From: Candidatus Latescibacterota bacterium
GTDB taxonomy: Bacteria; Latescibacterota; UBA2968
DNA length: 64,000 bases
Reading direction: 5' to 3'
NCBI GenBank assembly: GCA_965204745.1
Contig: OZ242010.1
Span: 5,120,001-5,184,000, forward strand
The first letter of the stretch is position 1. Every line of letters starts with the position of its first letter. The notes below the pieces were generated by a model that was not told the origin of the DNA, made no database searches, and saw nothing but the letters and a program-made list of their open reading frames with translations. Shown here piece by piece: positions 50,025 through 58,381 of this stretch. Made by a program: the position numbers and the translations under genes.

Positions 50025-50798
50025 CTATCCCGATTGCGATGCCGCGTGGGAAAGATCTGGGGGTTGGGGTTGGGAGTGGAAGCCGTAGATGCGTTTCATC
50101 TCTGGCGTGGCGCGGGCGATCACTTCGGGCTTGAGGTAGTGGACAAAATCGAACATCGGCTTGAGAAAGGACCGGCAACAAAAGCAGATCAAACACATCC
50201 GCGGTTCACCTGTGCGGTTGGCTCCTGTGGCGTGCCAAATCGCGCCGTTGAACAAAAACACCGATCCCTTGGGCGCGGAGAGGCGAACCTCATCTAAATG
50301 AGACGAGGGATCGTCCTTGGATGGCGGCTTTTTCAAAAACCGATGGCTACCCGGCACAAACCGCGTGCCTCCGTTTTCGGGTGTAAAATCATTCAAAAGC
50401 CACAGGCTGTTGACGAACATCGGAAATTCGGGCAGGGGTTCTGGCATCTGGCTCAAGGCATTATCCACATGAAACGCATTGTCCTCTGCACCTGGGTAAA
50501 TCACGTTTGACGTCAGCGTACTGAGCGTGTAATCCTCGCCGAGCATATATTCAAAATAGGGCACGACTTTGGGATGTGCCACCAGCTTTTCAAATCCCTC
50601 GCCCTTGTTCACCAACCACCGCACATGTTGGCCCCTGCCCTGCGTATGCACGCGGCCCGACCCATCTGCCCGCTCTTGTTCGGCAAGGCGCGACAGCGTT
50701 GCTCGGTAGTCCGCGATCTCGGCTTCAGAGAGCACATCGGGAATGATCACATACCCTTGCTCGTCCAATTGTCGTCGGTGTTTAGGTGGGATTTTCAT
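50025..50798 (-). CDS. PhyH family Fe(II)/2OG dioxygenase
   Basis: 'L.EQGYVII', 'FHVD', 'DFT.ENGGT..VPGSH', 'WH....N'. Confidence 0.88.
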   Translation of the reverse strand: MKIPPKHRRQLDEQGYVIIPDVLSEAEIADYRATLSRLAEQERADGSGRVHTQGRGQHVRWLVNKGEGFEKLVAHPKVVPYFEYMLGEDYTLSTLTSNVIYPGAEDNAFHVDNALSQMPEPLPEFPMFVNSLWLLNDFTPENGGTRFVPGSHRFLKKPPSKDDPSSHLDEVRLSAPKGSVFLFNGAIWHATGANRTGEPRMCLICFCCRSFLKPMFDFVHYLKPEVIARATPEMKRIYGFHSQPQPPDLSHAASQSG

Positions 50799-50824
50799 CG
50801 TGAGGCTCCAAGCAGGTTGCCATC

Positions 50825-50886
50825 CCGCCTAACCCCCTTCGGGAAGAGGGAAGACGGGAGAGGTGAGAGGCAAGAGGGGTAGGTCC
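50825..50886 (+). repeat. Composite repeat (CCGCCTAACCCCCTTCGG + heptamers + GGTAGGTCC)
   Basis: Matches 32089-32119 and the REPIN end at 62085-62094. Confidence 0.75.
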
Positions 50887-50911
50887 CAATGGATTCAATG
50901 CTTAATTCGCA

Positions 50912-52174
50912 TTACAACCCGTAATACTCGTTGATCTCTTTTTGATACCCTTCTACCTCGCCGGTCAACATCTCGTCTAAGGTCACGGCGCGGTGGAGCA
51001 AGCCGGATTCGAGGATCGCGTAACTCAATGCCAGATCAATCGCGCCTTCCTCGCCGCTCATCTGCGCGGCCTTGCCTTCTGCTATGGCTTGGAGCCAGTT
51101 CAGATTCTCGAGGGCAAACGCATCGGCAATCCCCCGCGGCATCACCTGATCGACGCGAGATGGATCGGCCTCCCGTTGAAAGCGATCCTCCACATTTTCC
51201 GATGCGCCATCTTCCCCAAACAACTGCCCGTCTGAAATCGCCCCCTTACTGCCCCAGATATTCGTCCCGCCCGGCACGCCTATCTGCGTTCCGCGCGCGC
51301 TTCTCGACACCGCGAGATGCCCAATGCCGCCCGCTTCAAATTCAAAATTGGCAAAAAACGCATCATCCACCTGATTTTTAACATGGGCAACCACAGCGCG
51401 GTCGTCGTCAGACATCAACACGCGCACGGGCTCCAGCGTTCGCCACACGGCTTGCACGGACTCGACCGGCCCGCAAATCGCGCGAACCCCATTGAACAGA
51501 TGCACCCCCAAATCGATGGCAACGCCCCCACCCGCGCCCAATTTGCTCTGCCGCCAAGGCGTGCGCGCAGCGACGAGATCGGGCCGCGCATTGCGAAATC
51601 CGATCACCCCGCGATACAGCATTTGCACATCCCCGATCAGCCCGGTTTGCACGGCCCATTGGCTCGCCCAGGTGCCGGGGTTGAAATTCACATTCTCGGC
51701 AACGGACAAAACGCGCCCGGTCTCGTCCGCGACCTCGCACATCCGCTGCGCGGCTTTGACCGAAATCGCCATCGGCTTTTCCACCGAGACGTGCTTGCCC
51801 GCCCGCATCGCGTCTATGGCAATGCCGTGGTGGTTGTCGTGCCCGGTCAAAACGATCACCGCGTCGATCCCGGCCTGTGCGAGCATCGCGTTGTAATCCG
51901 TATAAACCCCTGCATCGCGCTCTGGGTGCAAATCGCTGATATACGCATGGGGCGCGTTGAGCGGATCCCCGGGCGCGTCAACCGGCGCGGGACGAGGCCC
52001 CGGCCCTTGCCCCCGTCTGCGAAACCGATGGGCGTCTTCTTCCTTGCGCGCACACAACGCGGCAATCTCAAACAGGTCGCCAAACCCGTTTGCCTGCAAA
52101 ATTTTGTACCCGCGCAAATGGGCGTTCAAAATCCGCGCACACCCGATAATGCCAATCTGCACTTTGGAAGACAT
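50912..52174 (-). CDS. Gfo/Idh/MocA oxidoreductase
   Basis: 'IGIIGC', 'KHV.VEKPMA', 'VAEN', 'GGG..ID.GVH'. Confidence 0.85.
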   Translation of the reverse strand: MSSKVQIGIIGCARILNAHLRGYKILQANGFGDLFEIAALCARKEEDAHRFRRRGQGPGPRPAPVDAPGDPLNAPHAYISDLHPERDAGVYTDYNAMLAQAGIDAVIVLTGHDNHHGIAIDAMRAGKHVSVEKPMAISVKAAQRMCEVADETGRVLSVAENVNFNPGTWASQWAVQTGLIGDVQMLYRGVIGFRNARPDLVAARTPWRQSKLGAGGGVAIDLGVHLFNGVRAICGPVESVQAVWRTLEPVRVLMSDDDRAVVAHVKNQVDDAFFANFEFEAGGIGHLAVSRSARGTQIGVPGGTNIWGSKGAISDGQLFGEDGASENVEDRFQREADPSRVDQVMPRGIADAFALENLNWLQAIAEGKAAQMSGEEGAIDLALSYAILESGLLHRAVTLDEMLTGEVEGYQKEINEYYGL

Positions 52175-52194
52175 GTAAAATTCCTTCTTCAGAG

Positions 52195-52260
52195 GGCCTA
52201 CCCCCGGCCCGGTTATTCGCTTCGTTGTAGGCTACGCCCGTGCGTACGAAAAATGGGGGA
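52195..52260 (+). repeat. Solo REP-like arm carrying the GTTATTCGC...GTAGGCTACGCC insert
   Basis: Matches 60074-60140 and rc of 62326-62398. Confidence 0.7.
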
Positions 52261-52277
52261 AGAATGTCTCCCCCGTT

Positions 52278-53072
52278 TCAAAGCCGCCAGACCAGCAACA
52301 ACTGCACGGCATTCTCGTCGACCGTCGTGCCCAACTTGTTCTGCCAGTACTGGTACTCGATGCCGACGAAAAACGCATTGCCCGTGCCACTTATGGCCTT
52401 GCTAAAATCCCACATGAGTTGCGGCTGTGCGAGAATCCACGCCTCTACGTCTTGGGGGGGTAAGAGCTCGTTGGTCGTGCTGCTACTGTATTCCGCATGG
52501 CCTGTGAACGTGAAGGACTGACTGCCGAGCATGAAGGCCGCGCCCCAACTGATGTCGAACAGGAAATTGTCTTCTGTCTTGGGCGCGCCGCCGCGTCTAA
52601 GCCCACTGCTGGCGTCGAGCACTGCGGTAAAGTCCGTATTCAAAAAGTAAAAGCCCGGGATAGTCCATGACGCCCGGATGCCGGGCAGGTACTTCAGGAC
52701 ATTGGCATCGCCATCGACATTGACCCCGCCGATGATGGCAATGTCCCGAATCGGCCCCAGACTGATTTCCTTGTTCACCAATTTGCCAATGCTCAAGGTC
52801 GGATACCATTCGCCGTAAAAGTTCTTGTCATTAAAACCATCTGAGCCGCCGTCGTCCGAAAAGTCGATAAAAAAGAAACTGTCGCCAAACCGCCACTGCG
52901 CGGCATGTTGCAAGGTGAGGATGGACGTAAATTCTTTGTTATCGGTGAACGGGTTTGTGAGGTTGCCATACTGAAATTGAAATTCAAACTGCGCGTGTGC
53001 TGCGCCCGGTTGCAGGGCCATAAAAGCGATCAATGCGAACGCGCAAAAGCCAAAGCGTTGGTATTTTTGCAT
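52278..53072 (-). CDS. Tsx-like nucleoside-specific outer-membrane channel
   Basis: Signal peptide, 'TLQHA..W.FGD.FFF.D', 'YGEWYP.LS', 'G.EYQYW.NK.G'; beta-barrel pattern. Confidence 0.75.
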   Translation of the reverse strand: MQKYQRFGFCAFALIAFMALQPGAAHAQFEFQFQYGNLTNPFTDNKEFTSILTLQHAAQWRFGDSFFFIDFSDDGGSDGFNDKNFYGEWYPTLSIGKLVNKEISLGPIRDIAIIGGVNVDGDANVLKYLPGIRASWTIPGFYFLNTDFTAVLDASSGLRRGGAPKTEDNFLFDISWGAAFMLGSQSFTFTGHAEYSSSTTNELLPPQDVEAWILAQPQLMWDFSKAISGTGNAFFVGIEYQYWQNKLGTTVDENAVQLLLVWRL

Positions 53073-53246
53073 CGTTACGACTCCTTTGCAAATGGGGTGA
53101 TGAGGTAACTACATGGACAAATGATCGGGTCAACAGGTCATCTACATTCCTCAGCCTCCTTTCAGATAGGGAGACAAATGGGCGCGACGGAACTCGCGCT
53201 CTGCGTGATGGATTTGGATGGGCATCGGGGGAATGTCCTTACATTG

Positions 53247-53530
53247 CTTTTGTGCCTTTGAACTGGCTGTCGCCAGTTGTACCCCTTCTGTGCCTTCTGT
53301 GGCTCGCCTTTCACCAATTCGTAGCCTTTTGTGCCTTTTGTGCCTTTTGTGGCTCGCCTTTCACCAATTCGTAGCCTTTTGTGCCTTTTGTGCCTTTTGT
53401 GCCTTCTGTGGCTCGCCTCACCAATTCGTAGCCTTTTGTGCCTTTTGTGCCTTTTGTGGCTCGCCTTTCACCAATTCGTAGCCTTTTGTGCCTTTTGTGC
53501 CTTTTGTGGCTCGCCTTTCACCAATTCGTA
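53247..53530 (-). repeat. Five-unit ~50-bp tandem array of gene-end 23-mer + (GCCTTTTGT)3-4, followed by palindrome module
   Basis: GGCTCGCCTTTCACCAATTCGTA at 53301, 53351, 53410 (2-nt deletion), 53458, 53508. Confidence 0.95.
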
Positions 53531-54657
53531 TAAGACCCATCCGCACGGCGAAATCCCGCGCCTGTACTCGGTTCGGGCGGAGCCACATCTGCGAGCGCGT
53601 CTTCGTTAAATTCAATGCCCAACCCCGGCCCGGCTGGAACGAGCAGATGGCCGCTGTCGTAAGGCACTTGCTTGGGAAATACATCGGTCAACGCGCTCAT
53701 CGGCGGCCGGGGCAATTCTTGCACGCCCACGAGCGAAGACGACAAACACAAGTGCAAGCACGCCGCAGTTGACACGGGCCCCAAGGGATTGTGGGGGGCC
53801 AAGTGAATATAATGCGTTTCGCACCAACCCGCGATCTTTTTGGCCTCGGTCAATCCCCCCGCAATGCAGAGATCCACGCGGCAATAGTCCATCAAATCCT
53901 CTTCGATCACCTGCTGAAACTTCCACTTGCTGTCGAACTGCTCGCCTATCGCCAGCGGCACATGCGTGTTCTGCCGCACGAGGCGCAAACTCTGCGTGTT
54001 CTCGCTCCGCAACGGGTCTTCGATGAAAAACGGGCGATACGCCTCCACGCCCTTGCAATACGGGATCACCCATGCGGGGTCCAAGCGCGTGTGAACATCC
54101 ACGCAGATTTCCAACTCGTCGCCACATGCCTCGCGCACGGCTTTCACCTGTTCGATGCCATAACGCACAGCGCGCGCCGGCTCAAAGACCTGTGCATCCG
54201 CGGGATCGCTCATGCCCCAACGCACGAACTTCCAACCCTCTTTTTGGCGTTGCAAACAATTTGCCACCAACCGGTCGATATTATCCCGCTCCCCAATATG
54301 CGGATAACACGCCACCTTGTCGCGGGTTCTGCCGCCGAGCAACTCGTACACGGGCACGCCTAGGGCCTTGCCCTTGATGTCCCACAGCGCGATGTCAACC
54401 GCGCTGACCGCCGAGGATTGCACCACGCCGCCGGGGAAAAACCCCCCGCGAAACATCACCTGCCACAAATGCTCGATCCGAAACGGATCCTGCCCGATCA
54501 CGTCCGGCGAAAACGAGCGGATCACCTCGGCGATAGCCGCGCCTCGGCGTTTCAAACCCGCCTCGCCCATGCCGTAAATCCCCTCGTCCGTTTCCACCTT
54601 GACGAAAAAGTTCCCGGTTGGGGGAACGACGAATGTTTTGAGTGCCGTAATTTTCAT
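53518..54657 (-). CDS. Mandelate racemase/enolase-superfamily acid-sugar dehydratase (DgoD-like)
   Basis: 'FVKVETDEGI.G.GE', 'SAVDIALWDIKGK.LGVPVY.LLGG', 'DVH', 'FIEDP', 'GE', 'APHNP.GP'. Confidence 0.88.
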   Translation of the reverse strand: MKITALKTFVVPPTGNFFVKVETDEGIYGMGEAGLKRRGAAIAEVIRSFSPDVIGQDPFRIEHLWQVMFRGGFFPGGVVQSSAVSAVDIALWDIKGKALGVPVYELLGGRTRDKVACYPHIGERDNIDRLVANCLQRQKEGWKFVRWGMSDPADAQVFEPARAVRYGIEQVKAVREACGDELEICVDVHTRLDPAWVIPYCKGVEAYRPFFIEDPLRSENTQSLRLVRQNTHVPLAIGEQFDSKWKFQQVIEEDLMDYCRVDLCIAGGLTEAKKIAGWCETHYIHLAPHNPLGPVSTAACLHLCLSSSLVGVQELPRPPMSALTDVFPKQVPYDSGHLLVPAGPGLGIEFNEDALADVAPPEPSTGAGFRRADGSYTNW

Positions 54658-54780
54658 AACCATCCTCCATAAGTGAATCGACGAATCGATCTGTCGGTGA
54701 ACTGCTAAATTGTCGTACTTCGTTCCGCACATTCGGCTGAGCACGGAGGCATCGCCCCTACGACGGGGAGTGGGCGGGGC

Positions 54781-54896
54781 GGACTGACAACTGACGACTG
54801 ACAACTGACAACTTGAGAGGAACAGCGCGGTGGCCTTCTTGCCTCTTGCCTCTCACCTCTTGCCTGGCGGTTGGGCGAACGGGTGGAAACTGACCT
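54781..54896. repeat. Direct repeat copy 1 flanking AAA ATPase gene
   Basis: 54801-54896 matches 56574-56669 at 94 of 96 positions by eye; extends 20 bp further with 3 mismatches. Confidence 0.92.
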
Positions 54897-56490
54897 ACAT
54901 GCCCCATACAGTGATTTTCGTATCCCCCATGCCTTTCTCGCGGCAAAATACCTTCTCGTCCCACGACATCCCCGCTGTGCGGTTGAAGACTACGAGATGG
55001 CCTTCTTTGGCGGCGCAACGATCCATGTACGCACGGGTTTGCGCGAGGCCCTCGCGCACGGTTTGTTCCAGACTTTTGTAAAGCAATTTGCATTCGATCA
55101 CCGCCTTTTGAACCGCTTGATCGGATCGGGCGTCGCTGGGTGCCGGCCATAGAATCAGCAGATCGGTACGCATCCGCCCTAGGCCATACTCGCGCTCAAT
55201 GCGCCCGCCGCTGTTGACGATGCGTTGGAGAAACGCTTGGAGCAACAACTGCGGCCCGGCCTCCTTATACTGAAAGCGTTCGACCCAGTGCTCGGAGTGC
55301 TCGCGGAAAAAGGTCTGGAACGCGGTCAGCAAATCGGCGAGGCGCAAATTGCCATTCGCATCCACGTACCAGGCCGGATCTTGCGCGAGATATGCCTGTG
55401 TGGTGTAGATGAGGGCGCGGGGGATGACCTCCCGATAGATCGGATTGGCGATAGCGATGGGGTTGTGCTGGCGCAAGAGACCCAAATCGCGGACATAGTC
55501 CACATCGTCTTCGAGAATTGCATCGGTGGGTTCGATGCCGCTCAATAGGGGTTCGACCACGCGCTGAACGCGCTTCTCTTGGAGTTTGTCCGCAAGTTGG
55601 TCGAGGTGCGTCTCGCGGCGCAGAATGAGTTGCTCACGGGCATCGCATATCGCGTTGGCCGCGATGGCCCGGTTGCGGTCTCGGCCCGCCTTGTTTTTAA
55701 AGCAGGCTTCGTACGCCAAGGCATTTACGAGCCACGGCTGGCCCTGCGTCTGTTCCCAAATTTCGTTCTGAGCGTCCTCGTGGAACACCTGACCTGTCGC
55801 TTCGGTGTGTTGCGATAGCAGGGTTTGCACTTCATCCGCGGTGAAATTGCCCAGGCGCAGGGACTCGGCGCGAATGTTAAACGCGCTACCGCCTGCGATG
55901 ATCGCGTTCTCTGCGGTGGATCGGATGCGGTAGTCGCGCACATCGCGCACCCCGCACAGGATGACGGTTTGCGGGTATTGGCGCGGCCGGTCTGGATAGC
56001 CTGCGCGGAGTTGCCGCAACACGGATAAGAGGGTGTCGCCGATCAGCGCGTCGATCTCGTCGATCATCAGCACCAGCGGCTTGGCGTCGGCCGCGGCCCA
56101 ACGGGTCAGCACCTCTTGCAATGCGCTGTGAGGGCCGCCCTCCTCAAACGCTTCACGCCAGACCTCTTTCACGATCCGATCACCGAGAAAGCGTTCTGCC
56201 CGCGAAGCCAACTGACTCAGTATGGCCCGCATGGCCTCACCCACATCCTCGCGGGCGGCCTGACCGATCTCCACATTGACGTACAAGCAACGATACCGCC
56301 CACTGCTGTTCAATTCGTCCATCAGAGCCAGCAGTGCAGATGTCTTGCCCGTTTGCCGAGGCGCGTGCATGACGAAGTATTTTTTTTGCTGAATCAACAT
56401 CAAGACCTCGTCGAGATCAATCCGTTCCAGCGGCGGGACATAGTAGTGAATATCCGTCATGATGGGGCCGGCCGTGTTGAAGAAACGCAT
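54895..56490 (-). CDS. AAA-type ATPase with C-terminal PD-(D/E)XK nuclease-like domain (paralogue 1)
   Basis: 'MRFFNTAGP', Walker A 'APRQTGKT', Walker B 'LMIDEID', 'TQGQPWLVN', 'REYGLG..RTDL...VIECK'. Confidence 0.82.
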   Translation of the reverse strand: MRFFNTAGPIMTDIHYYVPPLERIDLDEVLMLIQQKKYFVMHAPRQTGKTSALLALMDELNSSGRYRCLYVNVEIGQAAREDVGEAMRAILSQLASRAERFLGDRIVKEVWREAFEEGGPHSALQEVLTRWAAADAKPLVLMIDEIDALIGDTLLSVLRQLRAGYPDRPRQYPQTVILCGVRDVRDYRIRSTAENAIIAGGSAFNIRAESLRLGNFTADEVQTLLSQHTEATGQVFHEDAQNEIWEQTQGQPWLVNALAYEACFKNKAGRDRNRAIAANAICDAREQLILRRETHLDQLADKLQEKRVQRVVEPLLSGIEPTDAILEDDVDYVRDLGLLRQHNPIAIANPIYREVIPRALIYTTQAYLAQDPAWYVDANGNLRLADLLTAFQTFFREHSEHWVERFQYKEAGPQLLLQAFLQRIVNSGGRIEREYGLGRMRTDLLILWPAPSDARSDQAVQKAVIECKLLYKSLEQTVREGLAQTRAYMDRCAAKEGHLVVFNRTAGMSWDEKVFCREKGMGDTKITVWGM

Positions 56491-56553
56491 GGGTTATCCC
56501 TCAATTCATCTACAAATCCTCAAAGTGCGTCGGATGTTGGGGTTGTTGGGAGA

Positions 56554-56669
56554 GGACCGACAACTGACGACCAACAACTGACAACTTGAGAGGAACAGCG
56601 CGGTGGCCTTCTTGCCTCTTGCCTCTCACCTCTTGCCTGGCGGTTGGGCGGCCGGGTGGAAACTGACCT
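56554..56669. repeat. Direct repeat copy 2, includes the last codons and stop of the 521-aa gene
   Basis: See copy 1; encodes QVSFHPAAQPPGKR*. Confidence 0.92.
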
Positions 56670-58191
56670 GACGTGCTTCCACCGTCGCATCCCGCCAGTC
56701 CGCGTTCTCAAATCGCCATGAAAACGCGACATCCGCATCGCTCCCATTGTAAAACTTCGCGCCATCCACCTCTGTGCCCGAATGCGTCATCAGCGGGAGA
56801 ATTGAGTCGGGAACACCGCGCCTGCCATCGACCTGCTTGATCTCGATTGTCGGCGTCACCTCGCCCTTGAGTTCTCGCGTGCCCAAAAGCAACGGGCCAT
56901 AACACCCGGTCACGGCGCCGATGCCCCAGTTGCGCCCGTGCCCGGCGGCTGTCGAACAAATCGCGCCGCCCATATCCGCGTGTTCGCGCCCCCCGCGCAA
57001 CACCCGGCGCGCCATCGCCAGCTTATTCGCGGCCTGCTTGAGTGCGCGTGTGACATAGCCCTCATCGCCCGTCACCTGATAGGCCAGGGCCAACGCCGCG
57101 GTGCTCGGTTCAGTCGTGGGCGTTACAGAGCCATCGCCATTCCAAATTCCCCAATAGGTCATGTCATTGCGCTTGCCCACGCCGGGCCAATCGCGGCGGC
57201 GCGCCTGCGGAAAGACCATGGCCAGTTCGCCTTCTCGTTCGGTTGGAAACTGCGCGAGTTGCGCTCGGATTGCCGAATCGAGCGAGGCATCGGCAAATTG
57301 CCGGCGAAAATGCGAAATCGCGGCGGCGCCCGGATCGGAATACGGATCGCGCAATTGATCGACCATCGGTTCTGCAATCCGCTGTGCCGCGCGGTGAAAG
57401 ACCGCATCGCCCGACGCCTGAAACAGATCGCCCAGCGCGTATATCACGCCCGACGCCAGCAGGACTTCCACGCCCACGAGCGGATCGCCCGGAACGTGGT
57501 GCCCGGCCTGCGCCGCCCGTTTTTGTCGGTGCGTGGCCCGCTTTGCAAACATCGGTTTGCCATCCACATCCCAAGAGAGAGGCAATGGGCCATCGGGCAC
57601 GGCGACGATCATCTCGGCTCTGCGCCTGCCGTATTGCAAGGCCCAGTCCAAATACCGATCATCGCCCGTCATGCGGTGCGCGGCCAAGGCAATGTGGACA
57701 AAGCGGAAGTGCTCGGCAATTTCGCCGTCATAACCATCGTTTCGCCCCACCGTGCGCGTGCCGATATAGTAGCCGTAAAACCGGTTGCGCGCCCAGTCAA
57801 ACCATTCGGGAATGCCCGCGACCCAGTTGCCGATGTGTTCGGCGGCGTCTTCCAACAGGGCGGCGGCTTTTTCATCGCTGGGAAACAAGCCCAAATAGCG
57901 CGGCAAAAACAGGAGAAACGGCTCGGTGCCATGATGGGCTTCGGCTTCGGGTTCATAACCGTGCAGGCAATCCCGTTCCACCCACCCGGCCAGCATATCG
58001 CGCAGATGTTCAAAATGCTCGCGCACGCCCTCATTCCCGGTGATGAGATAGTGCGGGAACCACGCCAGCGAATAATTCGCCTCGTCCTCGCCCCCGCCAT
58101 GCTTGCTCGGCGGATCCATGCGCCTGCTTTGATCCAACCACGCATCCATCTCTTTTCGCAACGCCCGATAATATTCAAAACACGATTTCAT
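56626..58191 (-). CDS. Hypothetical protein, probable (alpha/alpha) toroid carbohydrate-active fold
   Basis: Recurrent 'A/Y..TGD..Y...A' helical-hairpin motifs; GGAG SD; no family recognised. Confidence 0.55.
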   Translation of the reverse strand: MKSCFEYYRALRKEMDAWLDQSRRMDPPSKHGGGEDEANYSLAWFPHYLITGNEGVREHFEHLRDMLAGWVERDCLHGYEPEAEAHHGTEPFLLFLPRYLGLFPSDEKAAALLEDAAEHIGNWVAGIPEWFDWARNRFYGYYIGTRTVGRNDGYDGEIAEHFRFVHIALAAHRMTGDDRYLDWALQYGRRRAEMIVAVPDGPLPLSWDVDGKPMFAKRATHRQKRAAQAGHHVPGDPLVGVEVLLASGVIYALGDLFQASGDAVFHRAAQRIAEPMVDQLRDPYSDPGAAAISHFRRQFADASLDSAIRAQLAQFPTEREGELAMVFPQARRRDWPGVGKRNDMTYWGIWNGDGSVTPTTEPSTAALALAYQVTGDEGYVTRALKQAANKLAMARRVLRGGREHADMGGAICSTAAGHGRNWGIGAVTGCYGPLLLGTRELKGEVTPTIEIKQVDGRRGVPDSILPLMTHSGTEVDGAKFYNGSDADVAFSWRFENADWRDATVEARQVSFHPAAQPPGKR

Positions 58192-58381
58192 GGTGATCTC
58201 CAGTTGTTAGTCTGTGTGTCCTCACCTCGCCACCCATCCGCCCATGCGGCCTCACCTTTCTACTCATCCGGCCCGCCGCCCGTGCGTGCCCCCGGCCTCA
58301 TGCCCCAAGGGGTCAGCGATCAGCGTGGTGTCCGTCTTACGTCTCACCTCTAGGCCGGGTGGAAGGGTGGGGAACTCTTCC

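Noticed and set aside
53073-53245. Purine riboswitch upstream of the Tsx-like gene
   Set aside because: No purine-riboswitch core motif recognised by eye
53301-53530. CRISPR array
   Set aside because: The apparent spacers are near-identical 9-mer tracts rather than unique sequences, the 23-mer overlaps a gene end, and no cas genes are present
53033-53772. Cys/Phe-rich small ORFs (FCAFCAFCG, LCLLCLL)
   Set aside because: Translations of the 9-mer repeat, not plausible proteins
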